DNA of 63,119 nucleotides, counting the filler, from Octopus bimaculoides (Eukaryota), in NCBI RefSeq assembly GCF_001194135.2. It is 6 parts of 6 records of this genome, joined end to end, with 100 filler letters (N's around TTAATTAATTAA, not from the genome) between each part and the next. Parts side by side here need not be neighbours in the genome. Positions count along the whole stretch, not along the records: positions 1 to 18,900 come from NC_068995.1; 5 more parts are not named here. One strand, written 5' to 3'. The notes under the pieces were generated by a model. The model was not told the DNA's origin. It saw only the letters and a program-made list of their open reading frames with translations, and did no database searches. The position numbers and the translations under genes are program-made. Shown here piece after piece: positions 1-13,252 of the stretch. Positions within the stretch are counted from its first letter, which is position 1, and each line of letters begins with the position of its first letter.

Positions 1-38
<38 letters not shown>

Positions 39-245
39 TGTGTCTGTGTTTGTTTACCCAACATCGCTTGACAACTGGTGCTGGTGTACTTACGTCCCCG
101 TAACCTAGCGGTTCGGCAAAAAGAACCGATAAAATAAGTATTAGGCTTACAAAGAATAAGTCCTGGGGTCGATTTGCTCGACTAAAGATGGTGTCCCAGC
201 ATGGCTGCAGTCAAATGACTGAAACAAGTAAAGAAAGAAAGAAAG
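1..245 (+). mobile_element. (TG)n tract plus 3' half of tRNA-derived SINE family A
   Basis: Matches the 3' half of the near-complete family A copy at 31361-31752 in reverse complement (tacgtccccgtaac...ctggggtcgatttgctcgactaaa...cagtcaaatgactgaaac). Confidence 0.85.
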
Positions 246-1239
246 AATATATATAAATGAAATTACATTTTCGAGGTTATTTAAGTATTTATTAAAACAG
301 AATTTACAAGCTTAACTTAAACTGTATTGAAGTATTAAATCAACTTTGTTTTCTTTGATATGCTAGCATTATTTTAATGTATTCAAACATCGGCTGCATG
401 CTAGTCACACAAAATGAGAGCAACATGTTCGTGTATAAATAAAACAAGGAAAGAATTGAGTGCTAAAAATAACCAAACAGGGACTTCCTTGGTAAAACAT
501 TTTACAGCTACATCTTGGATTAACAACACTTATCTGTCATGTCGGAAATGGTGTTCAAAGAAGTCATTTGTTAGTTGAATCTCATCACTGTTAACTTCAA
601 TAATAGGTGAAGTAGAAAGTCACCGAGTGATTGAATTAAATAGATTTATAACATTCTGCCACATATCACTGTTTAGTTTTCTAGCATAGTTTAGTCAAAA
701 ATATAGATTTTGATTATTCATATTGAGATTTTCTCAAAAGTAATATTTACTTTGTCCTTAGTTGTACAAGATTGCTTTAAAGCAATCATCGAGAACTGTA
801 TGGTAGTTAACAGATCGACCACTATCCCGGTCATCGGTTCATCTACCTGTATTTCTGTTAACAGCATGAGAATCTTTATCTTCGTTAATAACATCACCAC
901 ATCTATCTTAGTTCATTCCATTACTACTTGTATCTCAATTAACAGCATGTCTGTCTCCACTTAAGTCAATAAAATTTCATCATTTTGCATAATAGCAAGT
1001 TCATCTCTACGTCATTTACAAAAAAGAAAAAATACCTATTTCTGTGTTATTACAGGCCTGCGAAATGGAACTTTTTGAAAATTGTTTTGGTAATTGTATG
1101 TTACTTATATATTTATAGTGCTAATTCGAATTATCAAAAAGGCTATTTCCCATTATCTAAGGTTTTCTCACAATTTAATGATAAAATACACTATAATTTG
1201 TTAGTAAATCCACATACGATGGGACAAAATGAAAGTAAT

Positions 1240-3060
1240 AAAAATGAATTTCGCACTTTATTTAGTAAAATAAGATGGTTCAAATGCAATGACAAAATAG
1301 AATTTTACAAGTGTTCCATTTATTGTTTAGAATCAGTACCTCAAAAGCTCACTTGAAAACTACGCCTGGAACTTTTTTGCTTGTGAGCATTTGAACATTC
1401 CCGATGCAACATCCAACAGTAATCGGCCATCATACTGACATTCCATCTTCCCTGATATTTTTTTTCCATATTCCTTATATCTTGATGAAACCTTTTCCCC
1501 TGCTCCTCACACACGTCCCCAAGATTTTCCGTAAAGAAATCCAAAAGAGCATGTAAGAAATAAAATTTAATGTTCGTTTTGCATCCTAAAGCCTCGAACT
1601 TTTCCAATATTCTTCCCACTGTGTCTTTGTTGTTTGGATCCTTGTCATTTCCCAAGACGTTCTTCATCACATCTTTAAAACTAATTCATGTATCTCTTTC
1701 AGAATTACTAAGAGAGTTTTCAAAATTTTCATCCTTGACGAGTTTCTTTAATATCTGGTCCTTCGACCTTGGTGTCTGACAGAGAAGGAAACTTGCTACG
1801 CCTCTCCATTCTGTGGCAAAGCTTTTATGAATTGCTTCACGAGACCAAGTTTTATATGTAGAGGAGACAAAAGAACCTTTTTAGATCAAACAAACTTTCT
1901 CGAAGCATATTCTTTGTTCTTGGTGTAAGTATATCCCTACTTGGCCATTTTTTTTAGACCAATAGAAATTCCTTGCTCTACTGTCCCATTCACGCAAGGA
2001 ACAAGGAGACTTTGTGTAGCCTGATTGTTGTCCAAGCAACATACAAATATTTTTCGCCGCAAATCAAGTTGTAATATTTGAATTTAATATTGTGCGTGTA
2101 AACGTGACGTCAAATTTCCATGTTTCCTTCGTAATCACAGTGTCCAATATGGATGGAAGTATGTTAATTGCTTTTATGCAGTTGAACAGGTTTAGACTTC
2201 CCTTTGAAGCATTAATAAAGAGTTTCCATTCATTTGGTAACTTACGCCTAACTTTCCTATTAATCCTGATAGAACTGTACAATATACCAAATCATTTTCT
2301 TAAGCGAGATAAGGAACAAGCTTTTTTGCGGTTACAATACCAATAGAATGATTCTCAAGGTGATAAAATATTCTTTAAGTCTGGAACCTAAAAGCTCTGC
2401 TGATACCTTTGAGGTTTTTCACCTTCACTGCTGTTGAATCTTCATCGTATTTGCTGTTTCTGCCTTCTGACTCAGAACTTCAAGGTTACCTGGTGGTGAT
2501 AGGTTGGAAGTTCTAGTCTATGGGAAATAGGTTGCAATGCAAATGGGGAATTTGGATAAATAATATTCTTCCCACTCTTCGAATTGTGTCTCTGAACCTT
2601 ACCTGAGTAAATGTAGTAGTTATCACAGCAATCCATTTCATTGGAACCCCAAAACGAAAAGACTTCTTTATACATTTTCTTCATTGTCTTAGTTATTGAG
2701 CAGGCCTTACTATGTATACAAATTGAGCTGGCCTTATTATGAAATTAGGAGACTAAGATAAGAAGTGGACTCTTCGTAAGGCTTGCTCAATTTATGTTGA
2801 ATAACTGAGACAATGAACATAATGTGCAAAGAAGTCTTTTCGGTTTGGGGTTCCAATGATATGGAGAGAGCATAAGAAAGTAGGCATAATAATATTTTTA
2901 ACAAATTCGTTAATGCTTTTCTGCAACCTTGCTTCAAATGATGTGGTGGTTTGAATGGAAAGAGGAAGAGGACATATTTTAACAGCGTATATTTGGTTTA
3001 CCATCTAAAAGAATACGATAAACACTATAAAGCAATTTATGTAGCGTGTATACATCAGGA
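1240..3060 (-). mobile_element. Decayed CMC/Chapaev3-like DNA transposon with frameshifted transposase
   Basis: Collinear ORF fragments: LGCKTNIKFYFLHALLDFF..NLGDVCEEQGKRFHQDI..MEKKYQGRW...MADYCW (1341-1670), PNEWKLFINASKGSL (2064-2282), CCDNYY..NIIYPNSPFALQPISH (2472-2684) and an N-terminal piece (2792-3004). Family name is from recall; ends are approximate. Confidence 0.75.
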
Positions 3061-3499
3061 AAAAGCATAAGGAAATAACTGAAATAAAATTATACGTTTT
3101 AACCTAAGCAACGTGACTCGTCTTTCTCTCCTCACTGCTTGCGGATGACAGAAGTGACAGAAGTGATGTAGACAAATCTCCGTGTAGCTGAAGTGGTCTA
3201 AATGTTGCCAGGTGTTTATTTTTCAAAATTACATCTGTTATAATCTAAATAAGGTAATTAAAAGTAATAATAATAAACAAGAGTAAAATTCCGGCATAAT
3301 GGTAAAATGCAATGACCGACTTTGTTAAGAAACTGCACGTAATTTCTTTGTATTTTTTTAAATCAGCATTTAAAACTTGATCAATTTCACTCCGCAAAAA
3401 ATGTGAAACAATTTTTTGACCGCAGACCTGTGTAATCTCAGGTAATGTAATTCCTCCATCTCCTTTAGTTAATATTTTCTTCATGTTATAATATTTCTT

Positions 3500-3810
3500 C
3501 TATTTTGTTTCAGTCATTCGACTGCAGCCATACTGGGACACCCCCTAGAAAAATTTTAGTTGAAGAAGAAATCGACAGAGTACCTATTTTTAAGTCAAGT
3601 ACTTCTTATTCTGTTTTCTTCTAAGTTAGAAGGATGTAATCAAACGATAGTCATTATCAAGATACTCACCACTCCCACATATATATATGATGTGCTTCCA
3701 CACAGTCTCCGCCTTCCAAATTCCCTCACATGGAATTAATCTGCTCGGAGCTACAGTGATGGATACTTACTAAGGAGTTCGACAGTGGGACTTTAACCAC
3801 ACAGCCATGA
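3500..3810 (-). mobile_element. Degenerate SINE family A copy
   Basis: ttgtttcagtcattcgactgcagccat... at the left end and ...ttaaccacacagccatg at the right end. Confidence 0.6.
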
Positions 3811-4699
3811 ATCTGAGATCTAACTCGAAAATGAACGTTTTCTTGTTTATTATATATTTCTACACTAAACAACATGCTGCTTAATAGTGAACTGTGTAAC
3901 ATATGTGCTTATAACATTATATATGTATCTCCAGGGGAGTAAGTGTATTTGTTGTCTGAAAAAGTTTGATCAAAGTGTTTTTGCTCGCATTGAAATTCTT
4001 TCATATTTACTGGAATCATCGGGAACGAAGCAAAGTAACACTAAACAATATTGAAAAGCGAGAGACAAGGCCAACGTCTGAAGTATTTTCATTTTCAAAA
4101 ATATAGATAATAATCATATATGGACATTGTGTTCGTTTGTATGTCGAGCGTTCGATATGCGTATGCATGTGTGTATGTATGGAAGAAAGTATATTATTAA
4201 CAAGTGCGATAGACTTGAAAGTAAATAGAATATGAAAAGAACACATTACTGAAATTCTGATAGTTGAGGCTGTTATTTATCATAAAAATTATATTTCCAT
4301 TTACGACAAGGGATACTACTATATAAACACACAAAATTCAGATTATACATTATAATTTGATTACTTGTAACAATTCTGCTTCACATTCCAAAAAGATTTT
4401 AAATTCTGAGTATGTTAAAATGAGTTAATTAAATATTAAATTATATTCCTAACAGAGGAAATAAAGATGAAACAAATATTCTCTTTGCTATAATAATTAT
4501 GTTTATTTATAATTACATTTGTTAACTGTATTGCTTTAATTTCTGTTGCCAGTGAATTATTTCTTGTCTAGATTTCGTGTCAATCAGATTAATTAATCCT
4601 CCGCAGTCAAGGGATTTAAATGTTTTTCAAAACAGAATTATATTTTGCTTTCTTTTTCTATATTTAATGAATTTAATGCGAATGGGAAAGCTTAGAATA

Positions 4700-5800
4700 T
4701 AATGAAATACATTACATAAAATGCTCACAGTGAATCTCAGATGGTTTCTATTTATAGCAAACTGAAATGGACTTTAAATGGGTTAAGAACCTTAGAAATA
4801 TAGAGAAACAATATAAAACCATGACAGGATACAAATCGTTGATCCTTCGATGCTAGTATGGCACTTACTATACTGGTATTTTCTCACTTATCATGTGCCT
4901 GACCTTTTTTTCACGTCTACTTTGTTTTCTGTTGCTCACTATCTATTACTGTATAAAGATCAAAAGTGCACATGAGTTACGTATCCCTTCATTTTAAATA
5001 GTTCCACTGCAGATAAATGGCATTCTGCTAACCAATTATGTCAACAACTTATGTTCTGACTGTTGATATACAATTTCTTACAAAACTGACACTACTTCTG
5101 CTTAGGTTAAATACCTTGTGGCCTTTTCAATGACTTTGTTCGTAAGGTCAAATATGATTTAAAAGTATTATGAAACCTAGTTTTGTCTATTAGTCTATTT
5201 CAAATTTAATTTTGCTCTGCTGTTACAAAGCAATAACGACGATTATTTCAAGAATACTTTTGCAAATATTAAGGTAGATGCGGCTGGGAAATAGAAAATG
5301 AATTGAAAGAATTGTAAAAGAATTGTAGGACTCGGACTGTATTTTCTCGAGCCACTTGGCTCATTGATTTCTAAAGCTTTCAGCAAGGCGAGTTTTCACA
5401 TTGATATATACATTTGTGTATGTAACATTTTGTTTTAATATCTGAGCATCTAAGAAGTTGTTTCTCTTTTCAACTTTGTCATTAGTATTTATCTTTCATT
5501 CTAAATTTCTCACCTGCTTTTATTATAATTAAATAACAACTTATCTGCTTCATATATCCATCCAATCTAAGCTTTAGAAGGAGTCTAGCATGAGAAATAC
5601 CACGTTATGTTCATCGGATATGGACTCCTCCCGTTTTAATCTCACAAACGACATGCTTCCTGTCAAAACAGCCTCATCGCAGGGAGATGGAGTTAGGCAA
5701 GAAGAATCGATAACTATTTTCATTTTGATACAAATAGTGTTGTTTTAAAAAGAAATGATACTTATAAACATTTTGAAGTGTCTATATATAAGCATTGGCA
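4700..5800. repeat. Local duplication, copy 1 (block A ~4700-4950, block B ~5545-5800)
   Basis: Both blocks recur in the same order and orientation at ~7287-7540 and ~8008-8260, with long identical stretches such as atgagaaataccacgttatgttcatcggatatggactcctcccgtttt. Confidence 0.9.
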
Positions 5801-5901
5801 TCCAAAATCAATCTTTATGGCAACGGTTTCAAAATACACTAAAGTAAATCAAAGTTGAAGTAGAAGCGGAAAATCGATTATTTCTTGATATTTTCTACAT
5901 A

Positions 5902-6000
<99 letters not shown>

Positions 6001-6003
6001 CAC
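5902..6003. repeat. (CA)n microsatellite, representative of many (CA/TG)n, (TA)n, (TC)n, (TATG)n and (TTA)n tracts in the window
   Basis: Direct inspection. Confidence 0.99.
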
Positions 6004-6640
6004 TTCTGTATTCACTGTACCTTTTCCTTTCAATGACACAATTGACACGGCGTGTTTCCGTAAACAAAAATTACATTGTAGTAGACAAAGAATTAATTAA
6101 TTCATTGTGTCTACTCCGCAGTCCAGCTTCATTAAATCTCTCATTAAGTATTAAACTTTATAACATTTTGCTGTTTTTTATCTCATAGAGTTCATGTGTC
6201 CAGTTCTTAGATTTCATGACAACATATACAAAAAAAAAAAGAATGTAACAAGTAGGTTATTCCAATCAATTCTTTTCAAAGTAGTGACTAGCTGCTTAAC
6301 ATTTTAGTATATAGAAAGAGGGAAAAATAATATAAACAGGATAAAATATATTTTTTCGTCTTCTCTGTTGTTTAAATAAGTTTCAGGTCACAATTGCATT
6401 TTACAGGTTTTTTCCTTGTTTTTCTTTGCTTTTTTTTTCTTTTATCCCAATAAATATATTTCTTTCATGTAAGTGCAGATGGAAAACGTTATTATCTCTA
6501 TAGTAAGATATTAATGTTTACACGATGAAGATTATTTCATCAGAGCAAAATAGGAAGAATAAATAGAACGCTGTGACTTTTATATGCTACCGAGTAGGGA
6601 AAATGCAATCGTTTCTATCTAACATTACACATTATAATAA

Positions 6641-7075
6641 AGGCGGCGAGCTGGCAGAAACGTTTGCACACCGGAGGGAATGCTTAGCGCTATTTCGTCT
6701 GCCGCTACGTTCTGAGTTCAAATTCCGCTGAGGTTGACTTTGCCTTTCATCCTTTCGGAGTCGAATAAATAAGTACCAGTTACGCACTGGGGTCGATATA
6801 ATCGACTTAATCCGTTTTTCTGTCCTTGTTTGTCCTCTCTGTGTGTAGCCCCTTGTGGGCAGTAAAGAAATAAGAAACGTTAGTACGATGGGTGAAATGC
6901 TTAGCGGTATTTCGTCTGTCTTTACGTTCTGAGTTCATATTCCGCCGAGGTCGACGTTGCCTTTCATCCTTTCGGGGTCGATAAATTAAGTATCAGTTGC
7001 GTACTAGTGTCGATCTAATCGACTGGCCCCCCTCCCTCAAAATTTCGGTCCTTGTGCCAAGAGTAGAAAAAATTA
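6641..7075 (+). mobile_element. Dimeric SINE family B
   Basis: Two tandem units of aaatgcttagcgg..tttcgtctg..tacgttctgagttcaaattccgc.gaggt.gactttgcctttcatcctttcggggtcgata. A near-identical dimer lies at 45728-46165. The central block resembles the Nin/Deu-type SINE domain (recall). Confidence 0.85.
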
Positions 7076-7286
7076 CACATTATAATACATTACACGCAGT
7101 CCTCGACTTACGAATATCCGACATACGGACATCTACGATTAATCATCAGCTTCTGTGAAGCCTATTATGTTAAAATTTCGTGTTACACACGATAGTTTAT
7201 TTATAACAGAATAACTTAATGATGTATATCAACACATCTCAATTTTTAACCAAGACACCCATCTGGCATGCAACTGATTAGAGTAT

Positions 7287-8260
7287 AATGAAATTCATCA
7301 AATAAAATGTTCACAGTGAATCTCAAATGGTTTCTATTTATAGCAAACTGAAACGGACTTTAAAAGGGTTAAGAACTATAGAAATATAGAGAAACAATAT
7401 AAAACCATGACAAGATACAAATCGTTGATCCTTCGAAGCTAGTATGGAGCTTATTTTACTGGTATTTTCCTACTTATCATGTGCCTGACCTTTTATTTTT
7501 TTCATGTCTACTTTGTTTTCTGTCGCTCACTATCTATTACTTAGATACACTATCTACTGCTTCGATACACACACACACGCGCTCACACACATACACACAC
7601 AGAGTCTCTCTATCTCTCTTTCTCTCTCTCTCTCCCTCTCTCTGAGTTATAAATATTCTAGTTACATTCATCACGATCATTACTATATCATCTTTTACTG
7701 CTTGCTTCAATCACTGAACTGCGATCATGCTGGGGTACCACCTCGAAGGGCTTAGTCGAACAAATCACCCTCAGTACTTATTTTTTAGAAGTCTGATACT
7801 AGGATGTTTTTCAAACAACTTGCACATGCAAGTGCTACCAGTCGAGAACTCCGCATACCGGAAGCCAGCAAGTGTATGGGGTCATCAGGAGAGAATGCGA
7901 GCCGTTTCGGGCCTACCTCTCGACAGTATCAATGCGCACCGGCCCCCCTCACTGATATGAGGCCCCGCTTGCTAGATCAACTGGTTATCAAATATAACGC
8001 AATATTTTCTGCTTCATATATCCATCCAGTCTAATCTTTAGAGTCTAGAATGAGAAATACCACGTTATGTTCATCGGATATGGACTCCTCCCGTTTTTCA
8101 TCTCACAAACGACATGCTTCCTGTCAAAACAGCTTCATCGCAGGGAGATGGGGCTAGGCAAGAAGAATTAATAACTATTTTCCTTTTCATATAAATAGCG
8201 TTATTTTAAAAAGAAATGATACTTATAAGCATCTTGAAACCTCTATATATAAGCATTGGC
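7287..8260. repeat. Local duplication, copy 2; the middle is replaced by microsatellites, a SINE A fragment (~7685-7800) and a HERO-type 3' UTR
   Basis: Aligns to 4700-4950 and 5545-5800. Confidence 0.9.
7800..7995 (-). mobile_element. 3' UTR of a HERO/NeSL-type non-LTR retrotransposon
   Basis: Reverse complement of 61520-61705, which directly follows an ORF end reading EKASHWIWLKRDDERWLEKY*. Confidence 0.7.
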
Positions 8261-8261
8261 T

Positions 8262-8381
8262 TATATATATAATCCACGGCTTTCAAAATCATATATATAT
8301 AATCTAATATATATAATCCACGGCTTTCAAAATCATATATATATAATCTAATATATATAATCCATGGCTTTCAAAATCATC
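8262..8381. repeat. 44-bp tandem repeat, about 2.7 units
   Basis: aatccacggctttcaaaatcatatatatataatcta recurs at 8271, 8315 and 8359. The unit includes the end of the adjacent RT fragment. Confidence 0.9.
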
Positions 8382-9225
8382 TCCATGACTAAGGTAAACC
8401 ACGTGACAGATATTGTACAGCCAGCAGCAATGCCAATCTCCAATCGGTGCCAATCTGATGCAAAATCTCCAGTTGTAAGCATCATCTCGAAACTGTCATA
8501 ATACATCCTCATTTGTTGGCACTCCGTTGCTTACGACATCGGGGGTTCTAGTTGATCCGATCAACGGAACAGCCTGCTCGTGAAATTAACGTGCAAGTGG
8601 CTGAGCACTCCACAGACACGTGTACCCTTAATGTAGTTCTCGGGGAGATTCAGCGCGACAGAGTGTGACAAGGCTGACCCTTTCAATTACAGGCACAACA
8701 GAAACAGGAAGTAAGAGTGAGAGAAAGTTGTGATGAAAGAGTATAGCAGGGTTCGCCACCATCCCCTGCCGGAGCCTCGTGGAGCTTTAGGTGTTTTCGC
8801 TCAATAAACACTCACAACGCCCGGTCTGGGAATCGAAACTGCGATCCTATGACCGCGAGTCCGCTGCCCTTACCACCGGGCCATTGCGCCACCACTACAT
8901 CCTCATTATTGTGGTCACAAAGTCTCTTTTTAACCAAATCCAGTGGCTAGCCTTCATCCTGGATCGCTTTACAAATCGAAAAACAATGTTCAACGCATCC
9001 AGGGATCCCAGGGATTCCGGCCTTTTGAACAGATTCATCAACATATCTATTACTCTGTAAATATGTCACTGTTCTCGAAATAATTCCCATAATGATCTTG
9101 CCTTCCACATTCAATAAGGATATCGTCCAAAACTGTTTTATAGTCTTTGCATTGGCCTCCTTCGGCAGGTATATGCCTTCTGCTTTACACCGATCCTCTA
9201 CTAGAGTCTCTTCGCACCACAGCTG
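8372..9225 (-). mobile_element. HERO/NeSL-type reverse transcriptase fragment interrupted by a SINE
   Basis: Minus-strand translation AEGIYLPKEANAKTIKQFWTISLLNVEGKII...SVQKAGIPG..PGCVEH. After the SINE it continues YDSFEMMLTTGDFASDWHRLEIGIAAGCTISVTWFTLVMEMILKAM. Confidence 0.75.
8514..8895 (-). mobile_element. Full-length tRNA-derived SINE (head type D) with 12-bp target-site duplication
   Basis: Minus-strand head ggcgcaatggcccggtggtaagggcagcggactcgcggtcataggatcgcagtttcgattccc carries A- and B-box-like motifs. TSD tacatcctcatt at 8502-8513 and 8896-8907. Confidence 0.9.
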
Positions 9226-10883
9226 TCGGAGTAGGACAAAGTGCTTCTTTCTATGAAACCCTTTTCCAAACCCATAAGTTACGGGGACGTAAACAAAGCA
9301 TTAGGGGTGGACAAATACAAACACACACACACATATACATGTTTTCGAACCATGCTAGCTGGAAGCACATAACTCTTTACTGCTAGCTTGTAGCACTTCA
9401 TTCATTCTCCTTGAGAAAATACGTCAGACAAATTTAGGCTATTGTTGAAATTTCATGATAATGGTCTGCAGTAATATCAAAAATATCAACAATAGTAAAA
9501 TTCCAAAAGTACTTGTAACCAGCCCTGTAGCAACAATAACAGCTTTCCCGAAAAAGTATTTCGTTATCAATACCATGACACCAATGATAATCTAGCAATG
9601 TTAAAGTCCCTATTCTGGTGTGAGGTGAAATATTGTGATCTTTGAATGAAGACATTTAAATAGATAGCGTAAAAAAGTTATGAAATAATTTACTTCACTA
9701 AGTCAGAAAATATCAAAGATAAAGTACTAAACCACAAGGGTTCATTACACTGCTCTAGAGTATTTCGCAGACAACTACACTATACTGAGACTGTCAACAA
9801 CTCCTGTGGCAAACTTCTGAGAGAGGGATTAGATTCTGTTCTTTTATTATCTTTCAGGTCAAGTTTCATTTAAAATGCCCAATATCTGAAGTTGAGGCTA
9901 ATAGTTCGAAAAATTATAATCGTGTGTTCGTTACCATAAACCTTCATTTCAAATGATTACTCGTGGAATATTATTTAACTTAATCATCAGAGTTTGAAAT
10001 ATACATTTTCTAAGTATCTGACTGTTGAATATCCTATTCCTATTTGATAAACTGATGTCCTGGAGCAGCGTGCTGGAGGATGAATTGTGATTAGGTTTAC
10101 GTGCGTATATTTGATAAACATACATTCAGTTTCACTGTGTAAATAGACGCCACGGTTTAAAAACAGGGCTTTTCTACAGGACAAACCTAAAAAGAACTTT
10201 TGACTAATTATTACCATCTGAAGTGTGTCCACTGGTATTCGTCCTATAAAAGCTTTTCTCGAGTTCGTCCTGCACAGAAGAAGTCCTGCTGTTTATATAA
10301 ACAGTGAAGTTATGTTGATCGTATATGAACTTATATCGATACATGCACACACGTTCTTTGAACTCTTTAGTTATATTATTTTGTGTTATCCAAATAAGTA
10401 AAACCACTGCTCGTTACTCTAAGTAGCTCTCAACTGCTCCCCCTCTCTCTCAATCTGTCTTTCTCCCCTCTCTTGATCTCTCTGTAGGACGAACGCCAGA
10501 AGACATTCATGTTAAGACAATCAAATCTAGTTGAACAGTTCATGGCTTGTTGCGTTTTAACTAAATAATATATTTACATTTCAAAGCTGAATATGTGTTT
10601 GCCAATAGTATATAAATATATTCATAATTTAAGCTATTTATGTCTATAAACAGTATTTTTTCAATGCGATTTCTTTTATTGATATATTTTTCTGAAAAAT
10701 ATTTGAAATTTCATATTTTGATTATTTTAGCCGATTTCTAAGATATTGTTTACAACAATTCCAGCTTTCAATGCCGAGTTGATTTAATATTCAGTTATAA
10801 TCGAACTTTTTTTCTCTTTGAAACAATTTCACTCAACATTTCTAACAAAATTTTTGATTCACACAAAAACTTATTTACATATA

Positions 10884-11760
10884 CGAGGGTGGGTTGAAAA
10901 ATTCAAAGGCTGACTATGAAGGAGTAATGCTAGAGCTGTGAAATCTTGCATAAATTAATTTTAACTCTGCTCAATAATAACTGCATCCTTTCTTTCCAGA
11001 CAAATGACATCTGACTGTTCACAGAAGACTTCAAATGTAACTAGTAACGATATATTTTCAAAATGGAGAGAATTTGGCATCGTGATGTTATCAAGTACCT
11101 GCAGAAAAGGGTTGAGCTCCAGAAAACATTCATGCTGACATGGTTGTTACATTAGGAGATGTCGATCCAACTTTATCAACAGTATAAAAGTGGGCAGCTG
11201 AATTTAGAAGGGTAACGGAGAATCATGAAGATGACCCAAAGTAAGGACGTCCTGCAATTTCCACCGCTGAGGAAAATGTTGATCATGTTGAACACATGGT
11301 GATGGAGGTCAGGCGATTGACTATAAATTAAATATCCAATGTTATTAACATGTCCCCGGAAGAGAGTTGAGAACCTATGAAGACTGACGAAAGTAGTCTT
11401 GTTTCATCAGGACAATGCTACACCACACAAATCCTTGGTTTCAATGGCTGCTGTGTGTGGCTGTGGCTTTAAGCTTGTTGATCACCCTCCCTATTATTCA
11501 GATTTGGGTCAATCTGGCTATCATGACTTTCCCAACATGAAGAAACACTTGACTGGAAACCAGTACCGCAATGATGGTGTCGTCATATCTGCTGTTGCTT
11601 CGAGTTACATTTGAAGTCTTCTTTGAATACTCTAATGTCATTTTACCTAGAAGGAAACAATACAGTTATTAATAAGTAGCGTTGAAATTAATGCATGTAA
11701 GATTTCACAATTCTAACATCACTCCTAATAATCAGCCTATGAACATTCAGACCACCCTGT
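10884..11760 (+). mobile_element. Internally deleted mariner transposon
   Basis: About 70-bp imperfect ITRs (agggtgggttgaaaaattcaaaggctgactat / atcagcctatgaacattcagaccaccct). Remnant reads FHQDNATPH...HPPYYSDLGQSGYHDFPNMKKHL. Confidence 0.85.
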
Positions 11761-11833
11761 GTGTATGTATGTATGTATGTATGTATGTATGTATGTGTGT
11801 GTGTGTATGTATGTATGTATGCATGTATGTATA

Positions 11834-11992
11834 GGCACAGGAGTGGATGTGTGGTAATAAGCTTGCTTACCAACCACATGGTTCCGGGTTCAGTCACTCT
11901 GCGTGGCACCTTGGGCAGTGTCTTCTACTATAACCTCGGGCTGACAAAAGCCTTGAGTGGATTTAGTAGACGGAAACTGAAAGAAGCCCGTT

Positions 11993-12028
<36 letters not shown>

Positions 12029-12030
12029 AC

Positions 12031-12064
<34 letters not shown>
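11834..12064 (+). mobile_element. SINE family A, 5' half running into a gap
   Basis: ggagtggatgtgtggtaataagcttgcttaccaaccacatggttccgggttcagtc head followed by the internal microsatellite. Confidence 0.85.
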
Positions 12065-12324
12065 NNNNNNNNNNNNNNNNNNNNNNNNNNNNNNNNNNNN
12101 NNNNNNNNNNNNNNNNNNNNNNNNNNNNNNNNNNNNNNNNNNNNNNNNNNNNNNNNNNNNNNNNNNNNNNNNNNNNNNNNNNNNNNNNNNNNNNNNNNNN
12201 NNNNNNNNNNNNNNNNNNNNNNNNNNNNNNNNNNNNNNNNNNNNNNNNNNNNNNNNNNNNNNNNNNNNNNNNNNNNNNNNNNNNNNNNNNNNNNNNNNNN
12301 NNNNNNNNNNNNNNNNNNNNNNNN

Positions 12325-13252
12325 AAACAAATTTATTTTGATATGGGGAAGGACCGCCTTTGGCAGTAAATACAGCTGGATTTCTACGAGGTATGGACTC
12401 GTACAATGTTTGAATAGTTTCCAAAGGAACTTTTATCCATTTTGCAACTAAAACAGTCTCCAGTTCTTGTAGTGATGATGGTGGAGGATATAGACTCCTT
12501 CCTTGTTTTTCTAAAATTTACCATAAATGTTCAATAATATTGAGATCTGGGGACTGTGGTGGCCAGATAAGTTATTCAACTTCATTAGAATGTTTCTCGT
12601 GCTATTCATTAATAACTTTAGCTGTGTGCATTGGTGCATTATCATCCTGAAAGATTGCGTTTTCCTCCGGAATCAGTTCCGCAACCATAGGATGAATTTG
12701 ATCAGATAAAATTCTTAATAGTCTTGACTATTAATTCTGCCATGAAGGGAAACCATTGGGCCTCAGATTTCCAATATATAGGCCCCCAGATCATCACAGA
12801 TCCTCTTCCATGTTGAACAGTTGGAAGAAGGCATTCTGAGTCAAATGCTTCTTTTGGCTATCTCTACACGTATACTCGGCCGGTGGTCGGCAATAAGGTA
12901 AAGGCTGACTCGTCTGAGAAAATAACATTCTTCCACTGCTCTCAGGACCAATTCTGTCGGTGTTTACTCCACTCTAAACGCTTTGCGACGTTTGTTTTTG
13001 AAAGTAGTGGGTTTCTGATTGCAGCCCTCCCGTGAAAGCCGGCTTTGTGCAGCTCTATGCAAACAGTTTTTGTGGAAACTGGGTTCTCGAGGTGGTCATT
13101 AAGCGAGGCAGTAATTTTGGGAGCTACATTTTTGTGATCTTTTCCCAGAATTCACGTAAGAGTCCGACGGTCCTTATCTGAAAGTTTTGGCTTTCTTCCA
13201 GAGTTTTGTTTCGACGAGGAGGTTTTTTTCCCCTGTTTCAAAGGCTGTCATT
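12325..13252 (-). mobile_element. Decayed Tc1-type (DD34E) transposase
   Basis: Minus-strand translation ENAIFQDDNAPMHTAKVINE*HEKHSNEVE*LIWPPQSPDLNIIEHL. Confidence 0.85.

Noticed and set aside
710-964. 84-aa ORF with internal near-repeat (STCISVNSM / TTCISINSM)
   Set aside because: No recognisable domain or splice context; consistent with a degenerate minisatellite.
8820-8895. tRNA-like sequences (also 30885, 31690, 38570 and 56800)
   Set aside because: They are SINE heads that continue into SINE bodies and lack a complete cloverleaf.
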